From assembly GCA_963733375.1 (NCBI GenBank), contig CAVTDB010000001.1:43071-107070 (forward strand): a stretch of 64,000 bases of DNA, read 5' to 3'. Every line of letters starts with the position of its first letter. The stretch's first letter is position 1. The notes below the pieces were generated by a model. The model was not told where the DNA came from and did no database searches. It saw only the letters and a program-made list of their open reading frames with translations. The position numbers were made by a program, and so were the translations under genes. Shown here piece after piece: positions 22,485-32,379 of the stretch. The stretch comes from Nitrospirota bacterium (lineage in GTDB: Bacteria > Nitrospirota > JACRHJ01).

Positions 22485-23414
22485 CTATTTCCAGAACCTC
22501 GTGAAGCAGTACCACTGGTCGTAGTACTTGCCGATATATTTCTCGAATACCGCCGCCACTTTCTTTAGATTTTCCTCGGTGTCTTTTTCGCGGTCGCCCG
22601 TCGTTTGTGCGTAAATCGGCTCCTCGACGATTATCCTGTACCGGGCGTCCTTCTCCATCAGGATGAAAGACGGCAGTATGGGCGCGCCGGAGAGCATCGC
22701 CAGGAGCACCGGCCCGCGCGGGAAATATGCCTCCGCGTCGAAAAACTTTATTTTCACGCCGCTGTCGTGGAAGAGTTTATCGCCCTGCATGGCGACAAGC
22801 TCCCCTTTTTGCAGTGCGCGCAGCATTTCCAGTGGTGAAATTTTTGACGGGTCCAGCCGGATTTCCTTCACGCCCCGCATCAGGCGCTTCCTGGTCCTCT
22901 CCCGCTCTATCGTCTCGTGGCCGTCCGGGAAATAAACTATGTTCACCGGATGCCCCAGCTTGGACAGTACTATGCCGCCCATCTCCCAGTTCCCCAGGTG
23001 GGCGGTAAGGAGTATCGCCCCCTTCCCGAGAGAGATGGCGTCTTTTATGTGGTCATACCCCTCGGCATGGGAGAGGATGGTATTAAGGACCTCCTCCCGC
23101 CTGTCGTTCATCCGGAAAAGGTCCACAAGATAGTACCCGTAGTTCACGCACATCCGGAAGCTGGTGGTGAAGAGCCGCCAGTTGGAGACCTCTTTTCCCA
23201 GGATGTGCTTGAGGTTATCCTGGTAGTTATGCCTTCTGGTGATGAAGAACGGGTAATATATGGAGGTGACAATCCAGGAGAACGCCCTCAACAGCCACAG
23301 CGGCCAGTTCCGTATGGCCCAGAAGAACACCGGCATGAGCGTTGTGGCTACGATATGGTAGGGCAGGGTTTCCTGGCGGCCCTTCTTTAACTTCTGGACA
23401 TCTTGAAAAGCCAT
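22485..23414 (-). CDS. LpxL-like lipid acyltransferase
   Basis: AHLGNWE, FFDAEAYFPRGP, QWYCF. Confidence 0.85.
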   Translation of the reverse strand: MAFQDVQKLKKGRQETLPYHIVATTLMPVFFWAIRNWPLWLLRAFSWIVTSIYYPFFITRRHNYQDNLKHILGKEVSNWRLFTTSFRMCVNYGYYLVDLFRMNDRREEVLNTILSHAEGYDHIKDAISLGKGAILLTAHLGNWEMGGIVLSKLGHPVNIVYFPDGHETIERERTRKRLMRGVKEIRLDPSKISPLEMLRALQKGELVAMQGDKLFHDSGVKIKFFDAEAYFPRGPVLLAMLSGAPILPSFILMEKDARYRIIVEEPIYAQTTGDREKDTEENLKKVAAVFEKYIGKYYDQWYCFTRFWK

Positions 23415-23496
23415 GAGGAATAATAACTAAATAATGGAAGAGATTCAAGGCTTTTTGTTGACAAGCGCGGCGCATTCATTTTAAATACTCATAACT

Positions 23497-23548
23497 CTCC
23501 CTTAATCCCCCTCCGGGGCACCCATTCTTATGGGTCGCATTAAGAGGG
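23497..23548. repeat. REP-like element with nested hairpin
   Basis: CTCCCTTAATCCCCCTCC [GGGGCACCCAT-TCTT-ATGGGTCGC] ATTAAGAGGG. Confidence 0.4.
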
Positions 23549-23588
23549 CCGCTTGGGCAGAGGGGGCGTTACTTCCATGGAGGCTCGA

Positions 23589-24237
23589 ATGCAATTCTTC
23601 AGATGCCAGATATGCGGCGACGTTTACATCGGGACTCATGGCCCCGTCCAACTGCCCGTACTGCGGCGCAAAGGCCAAATATCTGGTGCCGCCCGAGCAG
23701 TGGGTCGATGAAAACCTTACCATAACGAAGCTGTCGGACGTTTCCCGGCAAAACCTTGAGAGGGCGCTCCAGCTCGAAGTGGACAATACCCCTTTCTACC
23801 GCGACGCCTCCGCGAAAGCATCGAGCCTGAAGCTCCAGGGGGTGTTCAAGGGGCTGGCGAAGGTGGAGAACGAACATGCTACCGTGGTCCGGAAGATTTT
23901 GAAATGCGAGTTCCCGCCGCCGGACCCCGCGCACTCCACCGCGACGGGTGACGACGCCGAAAACCTCCGGGTTGCGCACGAAAGGGAGATAGAGGCATCG
24001 AAATTTTACGCCCAGTCTTCCGTGCAGGCAAACGAGCCGCGGGTAAAAAAGGTATTCCTCGCGCTCGCGGAGATAGAGGCGGACCATATAAAGCTGGAAC
24101 GGGAGTTGATGCAGCCCTCACCCCTGCCCCTCATGCGGGCATCCAGGTTAAAACCAAGCCCTGGGTCCCAAGTAGCATGGGGCGAGGGATTAAGAAAATT
24201 TGTCATTCTGAGCGGAACGAAGAATCTGCCCCTATGA
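23589..24237 (+). CDS. Rubredoxin-ferritin (reverse rubrerythrin-like) protein with repeat-derived C-terminal tail
   Basis: MQFFRCQICG...CPYCGA (frameshift near 23637); E..FY, ENEH and EADH diiron motifs. Confidence 0.8.
24115..24227. repeat. Cluster of REP-like elements inside the rubrerythrin 3' end
   Basis: CCCTCACCCCTGCCCCTC...CCCAAGTAGCATGGGGCGAGGG with nested CCAGG..CCTGG, then GTCATTCTGAGCGGAACGAAGAATCT. Confidence 0.6.
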
Positions 24238-25621
24238 AACTATCCTGTTTTAAGGCTTACGACGTCCGGGGCAAGGTGCCGGAAGAGCTTGACGAGCTGC
24301 TGGCATACCATATTGGCCGGGCGCTGGCACAGGTGTTGAATCCGGGGGCCGTGGTGGTCGGGCGGGACGTGCGGCTCTCAAGCCCGGAGCTGGCGGCAAT
24401 CTCTCTCCCGAGGGGCTTATGGATTCCGGCATGGACGTGCTGGATATCGGGCTATGCGGGACGGAGCAGGTCTATTTCTCCACCGCCCACCTTGGCGCGC
24501 GGCGGGCGTCCGGCGGAGTGATGGTCACCGGAAGCCACAACCCCAAAAGCGATAACGGGATGAAGTTCGTCAGCGAGCAGTCGAAGCCAATCAGCGGAGA
24601 CACCGGACTTAAAGAGATAGAGGCGCTCGCCGCGAATGGGACGTTCAGGGATGCGGCGCGGCGAGGCGAGATTAAATACCGTCGACACCTCCGAAGCATA
24701 TATAAGCCAGCTTTTATCATACATCGAGCCTTTCTCTCTCCCGCCTTTCAAGGTCCTGGTAAATCCCGGCAACGGCTGTGCGGGCCCGGTAATCGACATG
24801 CTGGAGAGGCGGCTGCGGATTCCCCATCTCCCCGTCCCTCCGCTAGGGCGAGGGATACAATTCGTAAAAATATTCAGCGAGCCGGACGGGAGTTTCCCGC
24901 ACGGCATCCCGAACCCGCTCCTGCCGGAGAACCGTGACGCGACCGCAAGAGCGGTAATCGAATCCGGCGCGGATATAGGCGTGGCGTGGGACGGGGACTT
25001 CGACCGCTGTTTTTTGTTCGACGAGAAAGGGAAATTCATCGAGGGATATTATATCGTGGGACTGTTAGCTAGGGCGATGCTGGCAAAACATCCCGGCGCA
25101 AAAATCATCCACGACCCGCGCCTGACATGGAACACCATGACATCGTAAAATCCGCAGGCGGGATTCCCGTCATGAGTAAGACGGGCCACGCGTTCATAAA
25201 GGAACGGATGCGCGCCGAGGATGCGGTTTACGGCGGCGAGATGTCCGCCCATCATTATTTCAAGGATTTCGCGTACTGCGACAGCGGGATGATACCGTGG
25301 TTACTGGTGCTTGAGCAGATGGCGAAAAAGGGTAAAACCCTTTCCGAGCTTGTCGTGGAGCGGGAGAAATTATATCCGGTTAGCGGAGAGATAAACCGCG
25401 AGATAGCCGACCCGGCGGCGGCTCTTGAAAAAGTGGAAGAGCATTACGCGCCCGGCGCGGTTTCCATAGACCATACCGACGGCGTCAGCATCGAGTTCCG
25501 GGAGTGGCGCTTCAACCTCCGCATGTCCAATACCGAGCCGCTGGTGAGGCTGAATGTGGAGGCGCGAGGGGACAGGAAATTAATGGAGCAGAAGACGGAA
25601 GAGCTGCTTGAATTTCTCTAA
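24234..25621 (+). CDS. manB: Phosphomannomutase/phosphoglucomutase (several frameshifts)
   Basis: [34 protein letters not shown]. Confidence 0.92.
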
Positions 25622-25634
25622 CGAGGTAAACTAA

Positions 25635-25983
25635 ATGAAGAAATTCATATTATCTTTTGCATCAGCAGGATTTATATTGCCACTTATATTGCTTTCTATT
25701 TCTGTTAGTATTCCAAATGCTCCTATCATTTTCGACAAAATTAAACTCGCCTTGTGGCCGAGTTCCTCGCAACTGACGGTTATATATACCTGGTCCTTCA
25801 GTGATCTAATAAATCTCTTTACATCAATAGGTTAATGTTTTAATTTATTCAATAATAGGATTATTCTTTTGGTTGGGCTTGCATAAAAACCGTTTGATTC
25901 TTTTAATCTTAATCCCATCGATTTTCTTGCTTGAATACAAATGGCTTCTTTTCATCTTCGGGCCACGATTGTTTATAAATTAA
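25635..25983 (+). CDS. Small AT-rich membrane protein (frameshift near 25830)
   Basis: GAGG SD; hydrophobic ORF continues NVLIYSIIGLFFWLG...FIN* in the shifted frame. Confidence 0.55.
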
Positions 25984-26090
25984 GGAAGAGCGTTACGCCC
26001 CCGGCGCGGTCTCCATCGACCATACCGACGGCGTCAGCATCGAGTTCCCCGACGGGCGCTTCAACCTCCGCATGGCCAATACCGAGCCGC
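25984..26090 (+). pseudogene. 107-bp diverged duplicate of the manB 3' region (25435-25541)
   Basis: Manual alignment: 9 mismatches in 107 bp, no gaps. Confidence 0.9.
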
Positions 26091-26098
26091 GATAAATC

Positions 26099-27034
26099 TC
26101 AAAAATAATTATTTGGTAATTTAATTTCTATTTCTTTTTTCCTTATTTGTTTTCCGTAATTTATTAATAAATCCATTCGTGCTTTAGCCAAAGCTATATC
26201 CTTTGCAAAAATTTCGAATAAATCATTCCAGTATTTATATGAACCTCGCGAAAAGAAATTAGCTTGGTCGCAATGAACAACAAGAGTGCCGAGCAGTTCA
26301 TTCTTATCAGATAATACTGGATATATAATCGACGATTTGATGCGTTCTTTTTGATTATTATATAATTCTTTATAATCGTTGTTCGTTGAAGTATTTTCTA
26401 TTATTTTCATACTTGGTTTTGATTCCTCATAAATTTTCGCCGTAATGGTATTATTATAAACATCGGGGTTATCTTTTCTTAATATCATACTGCGGGGTGC
26501 GCGTCCTTCTCTGTTTGCGCAAGCAGGAATTGTAATTTTTCCATCAATATACGATTTTGTCATAAACGTAACTTCAAAATCGATTCGATTTTGAAATCTG
26601 CTAGATTTTCCAAAAGCCGCTTCAAAAGTATTATAAGCAGCTTCAACAGTATTTTGAATATATTCTATTGAAGTACTGAATGCTTCAATAAATTTTTCTT
26701 TATTTATATTCTCAATTTTCAAAGAAGATAATCTGTGTGATAACAACCTGTCTAAATATGTGTAGGCATGTAAAACAACGGCTTGTAATTCTTCTTCTTC
26801 ATGATGCAATCTATCGCGGATGAAAATGATATATCTAGTAATAGCAACTAAAAAAGCAAATAATACAGTAAAGGTTATGGCATGCACCCATATAGGTTTT
26901 CCTACTTTAGCAATTTCGCCTATCCAAAAAGATAAATAAGCCGCAAAATAAAAGGGGACGGCAGTAATAAGACCGCCAATAAATATACGAAGGAAAACTG
27001 GTAGAGCATCATATTTTTTTATGAGTGATTCCAT
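26099..27034 (-). CDS. 2TM + GAF-like domain protein
   Basis: Two N-terminal TM helices; C-terminal IKSSIIYPV...LLGTLVVHCDQANFF...IFAKDIALA GAF-type signature. Confidence 0.7.
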   Translation of the reverse strand: MESLIKKYDALPVFLRIFIGGLITAVPFYFAAYLSFWIGEIAKVGKPIWVHAITFTVLFAFLVAITRYIIFIRDRLHHEEEELQAVVLHAYTYLDRLLSHRLSSLKIENINKEKFIEAFSTSIEYIQNTVEAAYNTFEAAFGKSSRFQNRIDFEVTFMTKSYIDGKITIPACANREGRAPRSMILRKDNPDVYNNTITAKIYEESKPSMKIIENTSTNNDYKELYNNQKERIKSSIIYPVLSDKNELLGTLVVHCDQANFFSRGSYKYWNDLFEIFAKDIALAKARMDLLINYGKQIRKKEIEIKLPNNYF

Positions 27035-28325
27035 CTTCCACCTTTGTTAAAGGGATATACTTTTCAATAAATTTTATAGTAGTCGGTATTAATATGTAAT
27101 TCGGAATTTCCTTTATTGTGCTACATTCAATTATCAGAATGTTTTTCATTTGATTATTTATTCCTTCAGCAATAAACGAATTTTTTATTTCTTTACACTT
27201 AATAATAATGCACGGCTTTTTTAATGAATATGCTAATCCAAATTCATAGTGAGAACCATGACTTTCTCCCAAAATTGATATAAATAAATCACAAGCAGCA
27301 ACGTGCGCGGTACATTTTTCGACAACCTCCTTCGAAGTTAGTTCTTTATTTCCCCATTTATTAACATCTCTGTGTGGCAAAATATTGTCTATCCCTACCT
27401 TATTTAATTTATTTCCAATTTCATTTAACATTGTTCTATATTCACCACGTAAAATTTTGCCATGTGCGGAAGATGCTTTAATTAATATTTCCTCTTTATC
27501 TGACTCCTTTTCTATTGCAACAGCTGTAAAGGGCGCAGCTATATACGCTAATGGATAAGTCTTAGCTTCTGTTTTTTTACTTTCTGATTTTATAATTTCA
27601 GGATATTTTCTTTCTCCTGCTGTTTTTTCTTTTGCTGCATAAATAGGACTTAAAATTTTTATTTTTTCTTCTTCAACCGAATTTTCAAATAAATTAATCT
27701 GTTCTGGAATGCTAACAGATCTGCGCAAAATAATTAATATTTCTTCCAGTATCGATTTTTGTATAGTTGAATTTCGAAAATCTACCACCTCACTATTTAT
27801 TCTATAAAACGGTCCCAATTTATACGAGTTAATCCATTTATTATATAATTCATTTATATCGTCTAAATGGTTAGGAGGATAAAGTTTTTGAAAATCTCTT
27901 CCTCTAGTTGCTATTCTTTTCTTAATTATGTCTAACGGGCAATCACAATATATGATTAAATCAGGATTCGGTAATTCTAATATAAAATGATCAGCTAAGA
28001 TTTTATAATTTTCATATGATCTATCATTTATATATCCATTCCGATAGAAATATTCCGCAAATATATAAATGTCTTCATAAAAAGACCTATCTAATATAAA
28101 ATCATACCTATTTGTCATTTCTTTGATTTCTATAGCTTTTTGACATAAAAATGATATTTGGGTTTCGAAAGCCCATCGTTTAGGATTATCAAAAAGATCA
28201 TTAAGATATTTCAGGCCTAATGGGCTTTCAGGTAAATAATTCCAACCCATATTACTTGACAAAGCACGGGCTAAAGTAGTTTTACCGCTACCCATATTCC
28301 CAGCTATAGCAATAAACCAAGTCAT
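27009..28325 (-). CDS. Deoxynucleoside kinase fused to NDT/Rcl-like N-glycosidase domain
   Basis: GNMGSGKTT, LDRSFYED, RIATRGR; C-terminal YIAAPF...CD...GSHYEFGLAYSLKKP. Confidence 0.8.
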   Translation of the reverse strand: MTWFIAIAGNMGSGKTTLARALSSNMGWNYLPESPLGLKYLNDLFDNPKRWAFETQISFLCQKAIEIKEMTNRYDFILDRSFYEDIYIFAEYFYRNGYINDRSYENYKILADHFILELPNPDLIIYCDCPLDIIKKRIATRGRDFQKLYPPNHLDDINELYNKWINSYKLGPFYRINSEVVDFRNSTIQKSILEEILIILRRSVSIPEQINLFENSVEEEKIKILSPIYAAKEKTAGERKYPEIIKSESKKTEAKTYPLAYIAAPFTAVAIEKESDKEEILIKASSAHGKILRGEYRTMLNEIGNKLNKVGIDNILPHRDVNKWGNKELTSKEVVEKCTAHVAACDLFISILGESHGSHYEFGLAYSLKKPCIIIKCKEIKNSFIAEGINNQMKNILIIECSTIKEIPNYILIPTTIKFIEKYIPLTKVEDGITHKKI

Positions 28326-28338
28326 AAAAAAATCCTTT

Positions 28339-29772
28339 CTATAAAACCGCGCTCATCAGCCGCGCCATATTCTCAAGGAACCTCTCAAGGCGCGCGCGCT
28401 TCTTGTAGCGCGTCAGGTTCAGTTCCATCGAGTTTTCCAGGTCTTCGAAGAAATGTTCGTTGAGGTGCTCCGCGACGGCCTTGGAGTAGCAGACCGCGCA
28501 GACCTCGAAGTTCAGCCGGAAGCTCCGCACGTCCATGTTCGCCGTCCCGACGATTCCGAGCTCGCCGTCCGCGCTCATGGTCTTTGAGTGTATAAATCCT
28601 TTTTGATACTGGTATATCTTGCAGCCGACCTCCAGAAGCTCCTTGAAATACGACATGCTGGCGTACTTGATAATCTTCCGGTCGAAGTTCATGGGGACGA
28701 GGAGCCGCACGTCCACACCCCGGAGCGCCGCCGCGACAAGCGCGGTCTGCACGGACTCGTCCGGGACGAAGTACGGCGTCGTGATATACAGTTTTTCCTG
28801 CGCGGATGTAATGGCGGTGAAATAGAGCTTCGCAACCTGGTCTATCTGCCTGTCCGGGCCGGACGGCACGACCTGGACTATCTCGCCCTGCGCGTCATCC
28901 GGCCAGTCCTTTACCAGGTACTCAGCCGCGAGCATCTCGTTCGTGACGTAGAACCAGTCCTCCGCGAATATGAGCTGGAGATGGCTTGCCGCCGGGCCGG
29001 TAAGTTTTATGTTCGAGTCCCGCCAGTACCCCAGCTGCGGGTCGCGGCCCAGGTACTCGTCCCCGATATTTATCCCGCCGGTGTACGCGGTCTTTCCGTC
29101 CACCACCAATATTTTTCTGTGGTTACGGAAGTTCGCGTACGCGCCGCGCAGACGCGAGAAATGCACCGGCCTGTACTCCCGCACCTGGCCTCCCGCCTCT
29201 ACTAGAGGCTCGAAAAATTTAAGCTTCGTGGACCAGGAGCCTATGTCGTCGTACATGAGCCGGACCTCCACGCCCGCCAATGCCCGCTCGATCAACATAT
29301 CCCGGAACTTTATCCCCGTCTCGTCCGGGCGGAATATGTAGTACATGGCGTGGATGTATTTTTCGGCCTTCGCCATCGCCTCGAACATATCGGGATAAGA
29401 TTCCTTCGCGTCGTTCTGCACCTCGACTATGTTCCCGGTGGTCGGGGGCGGGCCGGGAAAGCTGTAGGCGAGGCGCATCAGGCCCCGGTGCCGCCTGATT
29501 ATCGCGGTGAGAGATTTGCTGAAAGTCTTGTCGAACTTCAGCTTTTGCCTGACGTCGCCGAAAGCCTCGCTTATCGCCTTGAGGAGACGGATGCGCATAT
29601 TCACCTTGCGTCTTCCGAAGACGAAATATGCGCCCAGCCCTATGAACGGGAGGAGCACCATCGCGAGCAGCCATGCCATGGTGGCGGCTGGACTCTGGTG
29701 CTCATAGATGATGAAAACGCAGGAAAGGATAATACCCGCGGCCAGGACGGACAGGATGAGGAGTGTCAACAT
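28339..29772 (-). CDS. cls: Cardiolipin synthase
   Basis: PLDc_N TM region; two HKD motifs (NHRKILVVD, IHSKTMSAD). Confidence 0.95.
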   Translation of the reverse strand: MLTLLILSVLAAGIILSCVFIIYEHQSPAATMAWLLAMVLLPFIGLGAYFVFGRRKVNMRIRLLKAISEAFGDVRQKLKFDKTFSKSLTAIIRRHRGLMRLAYSFPGPPPTTGNIVEVQNDAKESYPDMFEAMAKAEKYIHAMYYIFRPDETGIKFRDMLIERALAGVEVRLMYDDIGSWSTKLKFFEPLVEAGGQVREYRPVHFSRLRGAYANFRNHRKILVVDGKTAYTGGINIGDEYLGRDPQLGYWRDSNIKLTGPAASHLQLIFAEDWFYVTNEMLAAEYLVKDWPDDAQGEIVQVVPSGPDRQIDQVAKLYFTAITSAQEKLYITTPYFVPDESVQTALVAAALRGVDVRLLVPMNFDRKIIKYASMSYFKELLEVGCKIYQYQKGFIHSKTMSADGELGIVGTANMDVRSFRLNFEVCAVCYSKAVAEHLNEHFFEDLENSMELNLTRYKKRARLERFLENMARLMSAVL

Positions 29773-30201
29773 TCCTTTTTGTAACCAAAAACCGGGCGAA
29801 TGTCAATCTATTATAAACCGCTATGGGCCGAGGCATAGGCCATTAAGGTCAGAAAGAGCGATGCGGAAAGGAGAAGGACAATTTTTTTTAACATCCGGGC
29901 CTCCTTTTTTTTGACCCCTCTTAAAAAAAATACATACTATTATGAATCTATCAGCGGAAACCCCTTTCGTCAAACCGCGAGGCAGCGGGGGGGGCCTACG
30001 AAAGCACTCAGGCAAACCATACGGACGGCCACGCCCCGGGCCGCGCCGGCATCGTAGACTGATAATCGGCAGGCGGTCGGGAAATTTCAGAAAGCGGCCG
30101 GGATCAAATGCGGGGCTGGACGCATTGTCTGGACGCTATCAAAGGCCTCTCCCCCTTATACTATTGACGCAGCTGGTTTATTCAGTGTAAGATTCAAGGC
30201 T

Positions 30202-32136
30202 ATGCATAAAATAACATTCCAACCAAACGGCAAGACCGTGGAGGCTAAAGAGGGCCAGTCCATCCTCCGGGCCGCAGGTACCCACGGCATCCATATAAAT
30301 GCCACATGCGGCGGCAAAGGCAACTGCGGCAAGTGCCGGGTGATCCTGAAGGAAGGCAGAGTCCACTCCGAAGAGAGCGGGTTCCTGACCGAAAAAGAGC
30401 ACTCCCAGGGCGTTCGGCTGGCCTGCCAGAGTTTTCCGGAGACGGACCTTGTAGTAGAAATCCCCCTTTCCTCCCAGATGCGGCGCGGGAGCAAGATAGC
30501 CGCCGGCTCGAAGATCGAAGAGATCCAGAAGTCGGTTCAGAGGACTTGTGAAGGCGAGTTCAAGGCCATAACGAAAAAAATATTTTTGAGGCTCCCGCCG
30601 CCGAACCTGGACGACAACATCTCCGATACCGAGCGGATAAAGCGCGAACTCCTGAAACGGGGGCACGCGGCGGCGGAGATAAGGTTCAACCTCCACATCT
30701 TAAGGAAGATGGGGGCCGCCCTGCGCGCGAAGGACTGGGCTGTGACGCTGACGCTTCTTTCGATGGGTAACGTCATCGAGGTGATGGACGTGCAGCCGGG
30801 AGACGCGGTAAAACCGCGTTACGGCGCCGCCGTGGACATTGGCACCACGTCCCTCGTAGTCTATTTAGTGAATATCCGTACCGGCAAGATCGAAGATATC
30901 GCGTCATCTTATAACCCGCAGGTCCGCTGCGGAGAGGACGTAATCTCCCGGATGATATACGCCTCGGAAAAGAACGGCCTTGACGAGCTGCGAGAGCTCG
31001 CCGTTGGCGCGGTGAACGATCTACTGATTTCCATGGCGAAAAAAAGGGGAATCGAACCTGATTGCATAGATACGATAATCGTCTCCGGCAATACGTCCAT
31101 GACGCACCTGTTCTATGGCATTGATCCTTCCCATATCAGGGAAGAACCCTATATCCCCACGGCGACATTTTTTCCGATGATGCGCACGCACGCGCTGGGG
31201 CTTGGGATAAACGACTTCGGCGTCATATACGCCATGCCGTGCGTAGCCTCATATGTCGGGGGCGACATCACCTCCGGGATACTCGCATCCAAATTATACA
31301 AAAAGCCGGAGCTGACCCTGTTCATAGACATCGGCACGAACGGCGAGATAGTCCTTGGGAACTCGGACTGGATGGTTACCGCCGCGTGCTCCGCCGGGCC
31401 GGCGTTCGAGGGCGGCGGGGTGAAGTTCGGGATGCGGGCGATGAACGGCGCTATCGAGAAAGTATCGATAGACCCGGTCACGTTCGAGGTAAAAGTCGCC
31501 GTAATCGGGACCTGCCCGCCGTTAGGGAGCTGCGCCCCTATCGGCATCTGCGGCTCCGGGATGATAGACGCCGTGGCGGAGATGTTCCTGACCGGCGTAA
31601 TCGACCAGCGCGGGAAGATAAACATGGACGCGGGGAGCGACAGGGTGCGGGTCGGCGAGGACGGCCCCGAGTTCGTGCTCGTCCGGGCCGGGGAATCCGG
31701 CTCCGAGAGGGACATCTCGCTCACCGAGCCGGACATAGACAATATCGTCCGGACCAAGGGAGCAATCTACGCCGGCTTCTCCACCCTGCTGAAAGAAGTC
31801 GGCTACACCTTCGCTGACGTGGAAAAAGTATATATCGCCGGCGGGTTCGGAAATTATCTGGATGTCGAGCGCGCCATAACTATCGGGCTTTTGCCGGACA
31901 TGCCGCTCGGCAGGTTCGAGTTCCTGGGCAATACGTCCATAATGGGAGCGTACATGGCGCTTCTGTCGAAGACACTCCGGAAGGACGTGGAAGATATAGC
32001 CAGAAAGATGACGTATCTTGAACTCTCGGTCTCCCGGTCGTTCATGGACGAATACGTATCGTCGCTTTTCCTCCCCCACACTCACGCGGACCAGTTCCCG
32101 ACGGTACGCAAGCTGATGGAATCCGTAAAAAAATAA
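30202..32136 (+). CDS. ASKHA-family corrinoid reductive activator (RACo/RamA-like, DUF4445) with 2Fe-2S domain
   Basis: CGGKGNCGKC...RLAC, DIGTT, DIGTNGE, SAGPAFEG, GICGSG. Confidence 0.92.
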   Translation: MHKITFQPNGKTVEAKEGQSILRAAGTHGIHINATCGGKGNCGKCRVILKEGRVHSEESGFLTEKEHSQGVRLACQSFPETDLVVEIPLSSQMRRGSKIAAGSKIEEIQKSVQRTCEGEFKAITKKIFLRLPPPNLDDNISDTERIKRELLKRGHAAAEIRFNLHILRKMGAALRAKDWAVTLTLLSMGNVIEVMDVQPGDAVKPRYGAAVDIGTTSLVVYLVNIRTGKIEDIASSYNPQVRCGEDVISRMIYASEKNGLDELRELAVGAVNDLLISMAKKRGIEPDCIDTIIVSGNTSMTHLFYGIDPSHIREEPYIPTATFFPMMRTHALGLGINDFGVIYAMPCVASYVGGDITSGILASKLYKKPELTLFIDIGTNGEIVLGNSDWMVTAACSAGPAFEGGGVKFGMRAMNGAIEKVSIDPVTFEVKVAVIGTCPPLGSCAPIGICGSGMIDAVAEMFLTGVIDQRGKINMDAGSDRVRVGEDGPEFVLVRAGESGSERDISLTEPDIDNIVRTKGAIYAGFSTLLKEVGYTFADVEKVYIAGGFGNYLDVERAITIGLLPDMPLGRFEFLGNTSIMGAYMALLSKTLRKDVEDIARKMTYLELSVSRSFMDEYVSSLFLPHTHADQFPTVRKLMESVKK

Positions 32137-32289
32137 TAAAAGAGGCGGGGTTCCCTCTTCCGTCCGGTTGCTTCGGGGGGAGCATTCTCTGGCGAAAAAT
32201 TATTATTCACAATTACGCGTCAACCGCATATTTCTATTTTACGTTCAACGATAATTTTTCTCCGAGAACACTCCCCCCTCTAAAAAATA

Positions 32290-32331
32290 TTGCCCCAGCC
32301 TTTCGTTTTTGATATAATTCGTATACGAACT
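32290..32331 (+). promoter_or_regulatory. Sigma70 promoter with overlapping palindromic operator, probably MarR autoregulation
   Basis: TTGCCC-17bp-TATAAT; perfect palindrome TTCGTATACGAA at 32318-32329. Confidence 0.65.
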
Positions 32332-32379
32332 ATTCGTATTCAACTGAAGGACCGGAAAAATGTCCGCGAACACCGATTA

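Noticed and set aside
25435-26090. manB repeat pair as a DGR template/variable repeat
   Set aside because: Mismatches are not adenine-specific and there is no reverse transcriptase in the window
28339-29772. PLD gene as part of the adjacent candidate defence system
   Set aside because: Typical host-GC cardiolipin synthase with PLDc_N; its composition differs sharply from the AT-rich pair
30004-30035. c-di-GMP-I or glycine riboswitch call from CAGGCAAACC
   Set aside because: Lacks the GAAA tetraloop/GACGCAAAG and the CCGAAG core motifs; kept only as an unclassified structured leader
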